NCBI GenBank assembly: GCA_050287085.1
Contig: JBNKBE010000014.1
Coordinates: forward strand, 32,001-96,000
Direction of reading: 5' to 3'
Source of the DNA: Polyangiaceae bacterium
Lineage (GTDB): Bacteria > Myxococcota_A > Polyangia > Polyangiales > Polyangiaceae
DNA length: 64,000 nucleotides
The notes below the pieces were generated by a model. That model was not told the origin of the DNA. It made no database searches and saw nothing but the letters and a program-made list of their open reading frames with translations. A program made the position numbers and the translations under genes. Positions 10,145 to 19,564 of the stretch are shown in pieces. The number at the start of each line of letters is the position of its first letter. Position 1 is the first letter of the stretch.

Positions 10145-10906
10145 GTGAGCGAGTCGTTTGCCAACGCCTTGGGACAGCGCATCGGTGCGCCGCTTGTCGC
10201 TTTCTCGGGTAGCCGCTTCCCCAAGCGGCGCTCGCTCGAGGGGCGCTACTCACGCCTGTGTCCCCTCGACCCGGAAGCGCACGCAGCACCGCTGTTTGAG
10301 CAGCTTTGCCACGAAGGTGAGCACTGGCGGTGGACGTACGCTGACTATGGCCCGTTCACGGCGCTTGATGACTGGAAGAAATGGCTTGAAGAAGTGAACG
10401 CAAGGCAAGATGCCGTGCCGTTCGTGGTGCACTTCAGGGGGGAGACAACGCCGAGCGGCTTGGCGAGCTTCGCTCGTGTAGATCCCAGTCGCGGAAGCCT
10501 CGCTCTGGACCTACTGCAATTCACCTCACGGCTGCGGCGGACGCGAGAGGCCACGGAGGCTGTCCGCCTGATGCTCAGCTACGCGTTCGACGAGCTCGGG
10601 TTCCGGCGGTGCGAGTTTCGCTGCGACGCCCTAGACGAGCGCACCCGAGCGTTCGCACTCCGCCTGGGCTTTCAGGTGGAAGGGGTCTTGCGCCAGGAGC
10701 GAGTATGCAAGGGGCGCAACCGCGATACGGCCATTTACGCCCTGCTCGACTGCGAATGGCCCGCGGTCGACGCGGCTCTGACGGCCTGGCTAGCACCGAA
10801 CAATTTCGACGAGCACGGTGGGCAACGCACCCGGCTATCTGAAGCGACAAGCCAGAGCACTCAGCCGGTCGCGCCCAGCACGGTGCGCTACTGGGAGACG
10901 CGCTAG
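10145..10906 (+). CDS. GNAT family N-acetyltransferase (RimJ/RimL-like)
   Basis: LRRTREATEA, YAFDELGFRRCEFRCD, ALRLGFQVEGVLRQ, KGRNRDTA. Confidence 0.9.
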   Translation: MSESFANALGQRIGAPLVAFSGSRFPKRRSLEGRYSRLCPLDPEAHAAPLFEQLCHEGEHWRWTYADYGPFTALDDWKKWLEEVNARQDAVPFVVHFRGETTPSGLASFARVDPSRGSLALDLLQFTSRLRRTREATEAVRLMLSYAFDELGFRRCEFRCDALDERTRAFALRLGFQVEGVLRQERVCKGRNRDTAIYALLDCEWPAVDAALTAWLAPNNFDEHGGQRTRLSEATSQSTQPVAPSTVRYWETR

Positions 10907-10925
10907 ACGCCGCGGACGAGCTACC

Positions 10926-12185
10926 TCAGCGCGCATGACGGAGCGCGTGTTCCTCGACCCGTCGATGCTCCGGCGCGCCGGCGTAGCGAGCGTGCACTAC
11001 ACGCCCGTACCAGCGCGCGCCAGGCACCGCCGACAAGCCATGAACGAAGACACTGGCCGCGGCCACAACAATGGTGACGTCCAGTAACAAGCCCCTATTC
11101 TGGATACCGACGTCGGACTGCAAGTTGAGCGCGTAGATGAGCGATGCCAGTCCGCGCGGCCCAAACCACCCCAAGAAGAAATGACTCTCTGGACGAAGGC
11201 CGCTGCCCACGAGCGAGAGCGAGACGGGTGCCATTCGCACCAACGTGAGGCTCAGAACGACGTAGGCGGCCACCGGTGCGTCGAGCACATGGATCGCTCG
11301 CGGGAGTAACCCAGCCCCCAGACCGAGAAATACGAGCAACATGAGCAGCTCGCCCTCCGTCTCGAGAAAGCCCAGCATCGAACGACAGCGATGCCGCTCT
11401 GTTGACCCCAGCGTCATCCCGCCGACGAACGCGGCGATGAAGCCGTTTCCGCCAATCACTTGGGCGAGCGCGAAACAAAGCAGAGCGAGCGTCGGTCCAG
11501 CAAGCCCCACGAACGTTTCTTCCATCCATCCGTACTGCATGGAGCGATGGATCAAGAGGCCCCCGATCCAGGCAGTGCCGACCCCAACCAGAGCACCCGC
11601 AGCCACTTGCGCCGGGGCCAAGGTTAGCCATCGCTGAAGAGATGGGGCATCCCCCTCCCCCGCCGCAGCCAGCGACGCGAAGATGAGTACGAATGGCAGA
11701 GCAAGCCCATCATTGAGACCACTTTCGACATTCAAAGCCTGGCGCATTCGAACTGGAACCAAGTGACTTGCGACCACAGCCTGACTGAGGGCCGCATCGG
11801 TCGGTGCGAGCACCGCGCCCAACGTCGCAGCCTCCCACCAGCTGAGTGGTAGCAGTAGCTTCGCGGCCACCGTGCCGCACGCGATGGACAGAGGCAATCC
11901 GTAGCCGAGAAGCCGAGCGGGCAAGCCAATCTCACGTCTCAGAAGCTTCAGATTGATTCGTGTTGCATCACCAAACAACACAAGGGCCAGCGTTGCCTCC
12001 GCCAGCACGTGCAGAACACCCGCCTCAAAATTCAGCTGGAGCAGTCCAACTCCCTGGGGCCCAAGCAATATCCCCACCCCGACCACCACCATTGGCGCGG
12101 TCACCGGGGTTGATGACAGGCGCCGCGATACCAAGGCGTACACCAACAGGATCGCGGCGATCCACGCGATCTGGGTTGCGGCCAA
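10926..12185 (-). CDS. Cation:proton antiporter (CPA1/NhaP-like)
   Basis: LAPTDAAL, NVESGLNDG, GWFGPRGLAS; TTG at 12185 with GGAGG 10 nt upstream. Confidence 0.9.
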   Translation of the reverse strand: MAATQIAWIAAILLVYALVSRRLSSTPVTAPMVVVGVGILLGPQGVGLLQLNFEAGVLHVLAEATLALVLFGDATRINLKLLRREIGLPARLLGYGLPLSIACGTVAAKLLLPLSWWEAATLGAVLAPTDAALSQAVVASHLVPVRMRQALNVESGLNDGLALPFVLIFASLAAAGEGDAPSLQRWLTLAPAQVAAGALVGVGTAWIGGLLIHRSMQYGWMEETFVGLAGPTLALLCFALAQVIGGNGFIAAFVGGMTLGSTERHRCRSMLGFLETEGELLMLLVFLGLGAGLLPRAIHVLDAPVAAYVVLSLTLVRMAPVSLSLVGSGLRPESHFFLGWFGPRGLASLIYALNLQSDVGIQNRGLLLDVTIVVAAASVFVHGLSAVPGARWYGRVVHARYAGAPEHRRVEEHALRHAR

Positions 12186-12299
12186 AGCTAAGCAACCTCC
12201 AGCGTCATCGCGCAACCCAAGAAAGAAATCCCAATCGTCATGTGAACGTTGCCGCTCGTCACACAACCGGCGCAGCGCCTCGGCTACTGGGCACGGCCG

Positions 12300-12959
12300 T
12301 CATGGCTGCGTCAGGTATTCCTTGTAGTAGCGTGTAACGGTCGCAACGTAGTGCTCCGTCTCTTCGTAGGGCGGAATTCCTCCATAGCGCGCAACCGCCC
12401 CTTCACCAGCGTTATAGGCAGCCAGCGTCAGAGACAAGTCGCCATTGAACGTGTTCGCTAGCACTCGCAGATACCGTGCCCCACCCAAAATGTTCTGACG
12501 CGGGTCGAAGATGTCGGTCACCATCATCCGCTCCGCGGTTTGGGGCATGAGCTGCATCAAGCCGTGCGCATTCGCGTGCGAAACGGCGCGGGGGTCGAAG
12601 TTGCTTTCCACCTTCATGACCGCACGGATCAGCGCCACCGGCAGCTGGTACAGCGCGGCCGCTTCCTCGACATGGGCTGCAAAGCGCTGATAGCGGGCGG
12701 CCCCCCCAACGGTAGCAGGAGCCACGGCGCGCGCCGTGTGTTTGCGGCCTGCACGCGTCGGCGCCGGGCGACTGTTGCTCAAGCTGATGGTGCCGTCGTC
12801 GGCGATATTCCGCTCAATGGTGGCCCCGATTCCGGCAGCGACAAACGCGCAGGCAACTCCGACGGCCCATCCGGAAATCCGCCCGAAGCGCAATGCCGAG
12901 ACGGCGCGCCGAGCAGCAAAGTTCGACACGATGACGGGCAGGTGGGAAAACCAGCTCAC
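12300..12959 (-). CDS. Lytic transglycosylase (SLT domain)
   Basis: VESNF, AHGLMQLMPQTA, LAAYNAGEG, IPPYEETEHYV; N-terminal hydrophobic segment. Confidence 0.92.
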   Translation of the reverse strand: MSWFSHLPVIVSNFAARRAVSALRFGRISGWAVGVACAFVAAGIGATIERNIADDGTISLSNSRPAPTRAGRKHTARAVAPATVGGAARYQRFAAHVEEAAALYQLPVALIRAVMKVESNFDPRAVSHANAHGLMQLMPQTAERMMVTDIFDPRQNILGGARYLRVLANTFNGDLSLTLAAYNAGEGAVARYGGIPPYEETEHYVATVTRYYKEYLTQP

Positions 12960-13025
12960 AACCGCAATCTATCACCGAAAGCGGATACCGCCAGTCCCGG
13001 CCACGTCCCGCGAGCCGGAGTCGAC

Positions 13026-14993
13026 CTAATGCGACAGATACGTGTAGCTGTTCATGGCCTCTTCGTAGTGCCTCATGAACAAGCGCATCTGCTGCAAGGT
13101 CATCTTGCCGTCACTCAAGGCCCGTTCAGCCTGGCTGCGCACGGCCTCCGTCATCTCTTCTGGAGTATAGGCGACGTAGTGAAGCACTTCGGTCACGGAG
13201 TCACCCTTGATGACGTGGTCTACCCGATAGCCATACTCGGACAAGGACACATGCACCGCGTTGGTATCGCCAAAGAGGTTGTGCAGGTCCCCTAGAATTT
13301 CCTGGTAGGCACCATTGAGAAACATGCCGAGATAGTACGCTTCCCCATGCTCCACGCGATGCACGGGTAGCGTCTCCCGTACGTCGTCGACATCGATGAA
13401 GTGATCGACGATGCCGTCGCTGTCACACGTCAGATCGGCCAAAGTGGCCTGCTCCGAAGGCTCCTCTTCCAAGCGGTGAATCGGCATGATGGGAAATAGC
13501 TGATCGATAGCCCAGGAGTCGGGAGCCGACTGAAAAACGGAAAAGTTGCAATAGTAGATGGCGCTCAGCTTCCGGTTTAGGCTTTGCAGTTCCTCCGGGA
13601 CCCACTTAAGGCGACGCAGCGTTTGCTCAATCTTGCGACAACACGCCCAATACCAGCGTTCCGCGAGCGCCCTTTGTCGAAGCCCCAGATATCCATACTT
13701 GAACAGGCTCTGGGCCTCTTCCTTGGCCTGGCACGCGTCGTGAAACGACTCCTGGACATTCTTGGGTTTGATCCCTTGGTAGGTCTCGTAGAGCACCTGC
13801 AAGACACCGTGCTCTCCTGGCTCAGGCTTCGGCGGATTGACTTGCGATATCTCGTTGACCCCTACGACGTCGAATACCAACACCGACTGGTGCGCAACCA
13901 CAGCCCGGCCCGACTCGCTCACCAGGTTCGGCACCGCGATGCCCGCTTTCTCGCAGGCGTCGCCGACGGCTGCAACGACATCCGCCGCATACTCATTGAG
14001 AGTGTAATTGCGCGATGCGTGAAAGTCCGTCTTGGAGCCGTCATAGTCGATGGCCAGCCCGCCACCGACGTCCAAGTACCCCATTTGGCACCCCAGCTTG
14101 GCTAGCTCAACATAGATGTTCGACGCCTCCTGGAGTGCGTTCTTGATCGGGATAATGCTGGAGATCTGACTGCCTATGTGGAAGTGCAACAAGCGCAATG
14201 AATCCAGCATCTCGCGCTGCTTCAATTCATCAACTAGGTCGATGATTTCTGGCACGCTCAATCCAAACTTGGCGCCTTCTCCTGCACTTTCTGCCCAGCG
14301 CCCCATTCCCTTGGCTGACAGCTTCGCGCGGACGCCCAGCATGGGGATGATTCCCAGCTTCTCGGACGCGGACAACGCGTACTCTAGCTCCTCCAGGCGC
14401 TCGAGTACGATAATCACCGTCTTGTCAAACTGCTGGGCAATCAGCGCGGTTTCGATATAGGAGCGGTCCTTATAACCGTTACAGATGATCAGGTCGCCAG
14501 CTCGCGTACTCGAGCTCAGAGCGATCAACAACTCCGGCTTGGACCCGACCTCGAGACCATAGTTCCACGGCTTCCCAAACCGCACGATCTCCTGGACCAC
14601 GTGTCGCTGCTGGTTGACCTTGACGGGGTAGACTCCGCGATAGTGGCCTTTGTAGCCATATTCCGCGATGGCCCGCTGGAAACACTCGTTGATGCGTCGG
14701 ATTCTGTCGCCAAGAATGTCCGAAAAACGGATCAGTATCGGCAACTCGAGTCCTCGTTCACCCAGATCTTGCGTCAGAGCGTATAGATCAATCGAGCCGT
14801 CCGTTTCGGGATTCGGGGTCACGATCACGTGGCCGTTGTCCCCAACATGGAAATACGGATTGCCCCAGCCCCGCACCTGATAGAGCTCTGCGCTCCGCGC
14901 GGGGGTCCACGGCGCTACGCGCGGAACGATTTGCTCTGGAGTGAGCTCGTCATCGCCTATGGCCTCATCGGCAGTTTCGAGGGAATTCGTCAT
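13026..14993 (-). CDS. speA: Biosynthetic arginine decarboxylase
   Basis: VYPVKVNQ, GLEVGSKPEL, HFHIGSQI, DVGGGL, DLTCDSDG, GAYQEILGDLHNLFG; SD GGAGGA. Confidence 0.97.
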   Translation of the reverse strand: MTNSLETADEAIGDDELTPEQIVPRVAPWTPARSAELYQVRGWGNPYFHVGDNGHVIVTPNPETDGSIDLYALTQDLGERGLELPILIRFSDILGDRIRRINECFQRAIAEYGYKGHYRGVYPVKVNQQRHVVQEIVRFGKPWNYGLEVGSKPELLIALSSSTRAGDLIICNGYKDRSYIETALIAQQFDKTVIIVLERLEELEYALSASEKLGIIPMLGVRAKLSAKGMGRWAESAGEGAKFGLSVPEIIDLVDELKQREMLDSLRLLHFHIGSQISSIIPIKNALQEASNIYVELAKLGCQMGYLDVGGGLAIDYDGSKTDFHASRNYTLNEYAADVVAAVGDACEKAGIAVPNLVSESGRAVVAHQSVLVFDVVGVNEISQVNPPKPEPGEHGVLQVLYETYQGIKPKNVQESFHDACQAKEEAQSLFKYGYLGLRQRALAERWYWACCRKIEQTLRRLKWVPEELQSLNRKLSAIYYCNFSVFQSAPDSWAIDQLFPIMPIHRLEEEPSEQATLADLTCDSDGIVDHFIDVDDVRETLPVHRVEHGEAYYLGMFLNGAYQEILGDLHNLFGDTNAVHVSLSEYGYRVDHVIKGDSVTEVLHYVAYTPEEMTEAVRSQAERALSDGKMTLQQMRLFMRHYEEAMNSYTYLSH

Positions 14994-14997
14994 ATGG

Positions 14998-15960
14998 CTA
15001 TCCTCCGGCCCAAAACACCGTAGGCAAGGCGTCGCGCTTGAACAAAGAGAGCAGGTCCATGCCCACAGCGACGGATATGTGGAGCAAGAACCCTGAATAG
15101 ATGCTCCGCGTCTTCATTGACAGCGAGCCCAATACCAATCCTGCGATGATCGCGCCGTGAGCCTCAAGATAGGGCTTGCCGTAGTGTATCATGCAATAGG
15201 GTACGGCCATTGCAACGATTGCAGCGGCCCCCATACTTCGGCGCAATGCACCCACCATCCATCCACGAAAGAAGAACTCGAGCGAAAAGAACTGAAGCCA
15301 GTAGACCGACTCCCAAGCGAGAAGATCAAACCAGCTACGCGACGCCAACTTATAGAACGGGTAGTAGCTGCCGAAGTCCGACTGCTGCGCAACGATAAAC
15401 ATGACCGGAACGATGACGACGAGCAGCCCACCATAGATCCATAGGTGCTTGAAGAACCCCTGGGTGCGCAGGCCGTAGTCGAGCAAATTGTCCTGCGGAA
15501 ACCACCAGCGCCACGCAATGATCGGCACGACCAGGTACCCCGCAACGCGCGTCATCGACCAGTAGACGAAGCCGTATAGCTGTTCGTACTTGGCAAGCTT
15601 GATGAACGTCATGCCGTTCTTTTCGAGCTCGGCGAGTTCGGGTCGAAACAACACCTCGAATGTCCGGCGGCCACCGTAGTATTCTTGCACGGTCAGGATC
15701 ATCGCTGCGAGCACCAGGCAGGCAACGGGTCGGTAGTCGAACTCGCCCCGCTCCGCCATCTGGACACGCTCTCGAGTGGCCTCCTGATCGAGCTGCTTCC
15801 ACGTGCCGCGGAAGAGCCACCACAAACAAGGCAGTATCAGCCCGACAATAGGAAACGGTAGTAGCGACTTCAGCGCGGGGTGTTCAAGAAGCAGCCGCCA
15901 CAGGTCGACCTCCTGAAACGGCCCAAAGTCGAGCACGATTTCCGCGGGCGTATCAGACAT
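14998..15960 (-). CDS. CPBP (Abi/CAAX-type) intramembrane glutamic protease
   Basis: EFFFRG, MIHYGKP, TRSIYSGFLLH; multiple TM segments; ATG at 15960 preferred to the GTG inside gltX. Confidence 0.85.
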   Translation of the reverse strand: MSDTPAEIVLDFGPFQEVDLWRLLLEHPALKSLLPFPIVGLILPCLWWLFRGTWKQLDQEATRERVQMAERGEFDYRPVACLVLAAMILTVQEYYGGRRTFEVLFRPELAELEKNGMTFIKLAKYEQLYGFVYWSMTRVAGYLVVPIIAWRWWFPQDNLLDYGLRTQGFFKHLWIYGGLLVVIVPVMFIVAQQSDFGSYYPFYKLASRSWFDLLAWESVYWLQFFSLEFFFRGWMVGALRRSMGAAAIVAMAVPYCMIHYGKPYLEAHGAIIAGLVLGSLSMKTRSIYSGFLLHISVAVGMDLLSLFKRDALPTVFWAGG

Positions 15961-15982
15961 ATCAGCTTGTCGTATGAGACCC

Positions 15983-17419
15983 TCAGTTGCCGCTGGCGTT
16001 CCGTTCACCAGCCGCCAGACGAGACAGAGTCCGGTCCCGTCCGAGAACCTCCATCACCTCAAACAATCCGGGGCTTGCCTTCCTGCCCGTCAGCGCGACT
16101 CGCGCGGGCTGGGCAATGTCCTTCATCTTGATATCGCGTGCCGTACTCCAAGCAACGACGCGTTCTTCGAGCTCGGCCGCTTGCCAACGCTCACAAGCCT
16201 TCAAGACGGTGGACAGTTCAGCCAGCGTGGGCGCGGATTCCGGGGTGAGAAACTTCGCGGCAGCCTTCGGGTCCAGTTCCGGTGGTTCGCGAAAGTAGAA
16301 GTCGAGCGCATCCGCGGCGTCTCGCAAGGATCGTGCACGGAGGCGCACCGCGGCAAGCGCCTGCTCAATGACTGACGGAGCAGGCTCTGCAATACCGCGT
16401 TCCTCCAAAAACGGAATCACCAGCTGAGCATAGCGCTCGAGATCCAGGAGGCGGGGCTCCTTGAGGTGCTCAAACGCAACGTCGGCGAACTTGCTTTCAT
16501 CGAACTTGCCGTCAGCCCTCCCGACTCGATCCCATGAGAAGCGCTCAACCAGCTCGTCGCGAGTGAAGATCTCCTGATCACCATAGGACCAGCCAAAACG
16601 TACCAGGTAGTTCAGTACCCCTTCCGGCGTGAAACCGCGCTCACGGTAGTCTTGAACTCCGACCGCCGCATGACGCTTGCTCAGCTTCTCGCCTTTCTGG
16701 GAGAGCATCAGTGGCAGGTGAGCAAACTTCGGCAGCTCCCAGCCAAGCGCCCGATAGAGGAGAACCTGTTGGGGTGTGTTCCCCAAGTGGTCTCGACCAC
16801 GGGCCACGAGATTGATGCCCATGTGATGATCGTCGACCACACACGCCAAGTTGTAGATCGGAAAGCCATCCGCGCGCAGAAGCACGAAGTCATATTGGGA
16901 CACATTGGGGGTGCTCACGTCGCCGAACACCATGTCGTGAAAGTCGGTGCTGCCTTCCGCTGGGGCGCGAAAACGAACCACGTGAGGCTCCGACGCGTCG
17001 AAGTGCTTGTCGCGACACGTACCCGGATAGCGAAAGGGCTGCTTCGGATTGGCCTTCAGCGCCCTCTCGCGAGCCTCCGCAAGCTCCTCCTTCGTGCAGC
17101 GGCAGCGATAAGCATGTCCCGCATCGATCAGTCGATTGCAGACCTCGTGATACAGGGCGCGGCGCTCACTCTGAAAGTATGGACCGCAGTCTCCACCCAC
17201 GCCGGGTCCCTCGTCCCAATCCAGACCGAGCCAACGCATAGCGTCGAGCACCGCACGCACACTTTCCTCGCTGCTACGCTCCTGGTCGCTGTCCTCGACC
17301 CGCAACACGAATGTGCCGCCAGATTGGCGGGCCCACAACCAGTTGAACAACGCCGTTCGTGCGCCTCCGATGTGGAGGTAGCCGCTAGGAGAAGGAGCAA
17401 ATCGGACTCGCACGGTCAT
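15983..17419 (-). CDS. gltX: Glutamate--tRNA ligase
   Basis: RFAPSPSGYLHIGGART (HIGH motif), KLSKR (KMSKS motif), anticodon-binding RVALTG..SPGL. Confidence 0.97.
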   Translation of the reverse strand: MTVRVRFAPSPSGYLHIGGARTALFNWLWARQSGGTFVLRVEDSDQERSSEESVRAVLDAMRWLGLDWDEGPGVGGDCGPYFQSERRALYHEVCNRLIDAGHAYRCRCTKEELAEARERALKANPKQPFRYPGTCRDKHFDASEPHVVRFRAPAEGSTDFHDMVFGDVSTPNVSQYDFVLLRADGFPIYNLACVVDDHHMGINLVARGRDHLGNTPQQVLLYRALGWELPKFAHLPLMLSQKGEKLSKRHAAVGVQDYRERGFTPEGVLNYLVRFGWSYGDQEIFTRDELVERFSWDRVGRADGKFDESKFADVAFEHLKEPRLLDLERYAQLVIPFLEERGIAEPAPSVIEQALAAVRLRARSLRDAADALDFYFREPPELDPKAAAKFLTPESAPTLAELSTVLKACERWQAAELEERVVAWSTARDIKMKDIAQPARVALTGRKASPGLFEVMEVLGRDRTLSRLAAGERNASGN

Positions 17420-17591
17420 TGCGATGGGCTGCTAGCACGCGCGCCTCGGCAGTCGCAATGCAAAGGAAAACTCGATGCTCCAGAGCGGCGTCGCGAAGCT
17501 CACGCAAACACCACCGGCCACATGGCCGCACCTGGTGCGGCATCGGAGAAGGCCGCTTGGGAATCGACAACTGCAGCCATGCGATTCTTGC

Positions 17592-17620
17592 TTGCTCCGC
17601 CTTCGAGTGCCTGTTAAGTA
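17592..17620 (+). promoter_or_regulatory. Putative sigma70-type promoter
   Basis: TTGCTC-N17-TAAGTA with extended TG, upstream of a short hairpin (17634-17647), GGAG and the ATG at 17666. Confidence 0.35.
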
Positions 17621-17665
17621 CCCCGCCCCTTGGTTGCCGGTAGGCAATACGGAGAAAGTATCGTG

Positions 17666-18076
17666 ATGAAGTCCCCCCTAAGCGTGGTCAAAGAGCAGTT
17701 CGGCGATAAGGCAAAGCTGGTAAGCGCCGTTGAAAAACTAGCCACTGATGACCTGTGGTTGGATCGCATAAGCGAGGAGAAGGGGCTCGCGCACGTCTCG
17801 AACGCCAAGCTCCTGAAGCTACATGCGGCCCTGACGTTGGCCAAGAGCGAGTTCGGATCACGTTCGAAGCTGATCGCTTCGATTCTTGAGCTGGAAAGCC
17901 GCAGCAAGGACAGCGGATACCAGGCTCGGCTCGAGAAGTTCGCGCTGCCTCGCCTGTTGGACCTCCATCGGAGTGTTGCACGCCGCGCAAAGCGTATCCA
18001 AGCAGCCCCTACTTCGCCCAAGAAGCCGCGCGTGGCGCGCAGCAAGAAGGCGAAGGCCAAGGTCGCGGGTAAGTAG
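17666..18076 (+). CDS. Small basic protein with internal duplication and Lys/Ala-rich tail
   Basis: 136 aa; SD GGAG; two ~50 aa repeats; tail PKKPRVARSKKAKAKVAGK. Confidence 0.75.
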   Translation: MKSPLSVVKEQFGDKAKLVSAVEKLATDDLWLDRISEEKGLAHVSNAKLLKLHAALTLAKSEFGSRSKLIASILELESRSKDSGYQARLEKFALPRLLDLHRSVARRAKRIQAAPTSPKKPRVARSKKAKAKVAGK

Positions 18077-18080
18077 GCCG

Positions 18081-18803
18081 ATGTCGGGGTCCAGGCCCCT
18101 GCAGGACTCACTTCCATCAACGACGCCAGGCTTTGTGCGTCAGGCACTGCTGGTGTTGAGCAAAGATCTTCGGATCGAGCTGAGAACCGGTGAAATTGTT
18201 GTTACCGGTGGCTTCTTTGCGGTGCTGGTCACCGTGATGGCGTCGTTGTCCTTCTTCTCGGGGCCACACACGCGCAACCAGGTGGCCGCGGGCGTCATCT
18301 GGCTGTCTACGGCCTTCGCGGCTGTACTATCGCTGAGTAGAACATGGCAGCGTGAAAGAGACGAAGGCGCCCTCGACGGGATGCTCGTTTCGCCGCTGCG
18401 ACCAAGTGCGTTCTTCCTGGGCAAGGCACTGGGCGTGCTGTGTTTCCTCTTCATCATCGAGCTGCTCGTCGTCCCCTGTTGCACGCTCTTCTTTTCGCTG
18501 GACCTCTCGGTTCATCTGGGTGGGCTCAGCCTGATCGCGCTGGCGGCGACGCCGGGGGTTGCCGCCTCCGGGACATTGTTCGGGGTAATGACCGTCCGTA
18601 CCGGCGCACGCGACCTGGTCTTGTCCGTGGTCCTCTTCCCGCTGCTGGCCCCCACGCTCCTTGCAGCGGTGGTGGCAACTCGCGAATTGTTGGCAGGTGT
18701 GCCCCTCGCTGAGCTTGGAGACTACCTGGCCATCATGACGCTATTCGACGCTCTATTCATCGCCGGCGGGCTGACTCTCTTCGGCAATCTGGCAGAGCAG
18801 TAG
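18081..18803 (+). CDS. ccmB: Heme exporter protein CcmB
   Basis: KDLRIELR, ERDEGALDGML, LFPLLAPTL; about 6 TM segments. Confidence 0.9.
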   Translation: MSGSRPLQDSLPSTTPGFVRQALLVLSKDLRIELRTGEIVVTGGFFAVLVTVMASLSFFSGPHTRNQVAAGVIWLSTAFAAVLSLSRTWQRERDEGALDGMLVSPLRPSAFFLGKALGVLCFLFIIELLVVPCCTLFFSLDLSVHLGGLSLIALAATPGVAASGTLFGVMTVRTGARDLVLSVVLFPLLAPTLLAAVVATRELLAGVPLAELGDYLAIMTLFDALFIAGGLTLFGNLAEQ

Positions 18804-18876
18804 TCGGGCAGATGCCCTTCCGACGAAGCGGAGGTTGATGTTGTCGAAGTGGGGTGCATTTCGGTAGGGTCCGCGA

Positions 18877-19509
18877 GTGCGCATAGGGCTTCTTGGAAGT
18901 GCAGACGGCAACGAATCATGCCTCCGCGACCTGTGCACCCTCATGTTGTTCGAGCTGGAGGTCGACTGGCTCTTTCAAGTGTCTGAGGCGCCGACCTTGG
19001 CCAGCGAGAAGCATGCGCTCAAGCTTGAACTTGCCGCCGAGTGCATCACGCCCGAGCTTTCTGATCGCTGGAACCAGAAAGGCACGTTGTGGTGGCAGTC
19101 CTTGTCCTGCGCCAAAGGTTCGCCGTCTGAGATTGAGCATTTCGTGGCGCGCGAGCGCCGACGTCGCGCGATCGAATGCATGCGCGTCGAGCGCAACCTC
19201 GACGAGCGCGTCCAGTTGCCCAGCGCCGGCGATCTGCTGGTCCTCGCCGCAGGAACATCCCCCCCGAAGGGCGATGCACAAACTCGGATCACGGTCTTCG
19301 ACGGCTGGGGTGAGCCCGTTGTGCGCCAGCGAGGACAAGGCTTCCTACTCAACCCGGGTGACCTGGACCACGGCGGCGCCATGCTCATTCACGACACATC
19401 TCGCCACCTGACGCTCACCCTCTTCGACCGGAAAGCAGACCTTGTCGAGCAGCACAGGTTGATTAGCTACAACGGGGCTCACAGTCCGTCTCCCCGCGTC
19501 AGACAATGA
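18877..19509 (+). CDS. Hypothetical protein, degenerate metallophosphoesterase-like fold
   Basis: MRIGLLGSADGN and LLNPGDL echo YfcE-type motifs without the metal ligands. Confidence 0.5.
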   Translation: MRIGLLGSADGNESCLRDLCTLMLFELEVDWLFQVSEAPTLASEKHALKLELAAECITPELSDRWNQKGTLWWQSLSCAKGSPSEIEHFVARERRRRAIECMRVERNLDERVQLPSAGDLLVLAAGTSPPKGDAQTRITVFDGWGEPVVRQRGQGFLLNPGDLDHGGAMLIHDTSRHLTLTLFDRKADLVEQHRLISYNGAHSPSPRVRQ

Positions 19510-19564
19510 CCCACTAACGCTTTTCGCCCCTTTCGCATGGCGCGATTCCGACTACAACGGTGGG

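Noticed and set aside
9198..10289. 363 aa antisense ORF, and similar long shadow ORFs such as 16652-17617 and 3289-4110
   Set aside because: They lie opposite well-supported genes, lack motifs and are expected from GC-rich codon bias
17420..17665. tRNA next to gltX
   Set aside because: No cloverleaf, T-loop GTTCRA or CCA end visible
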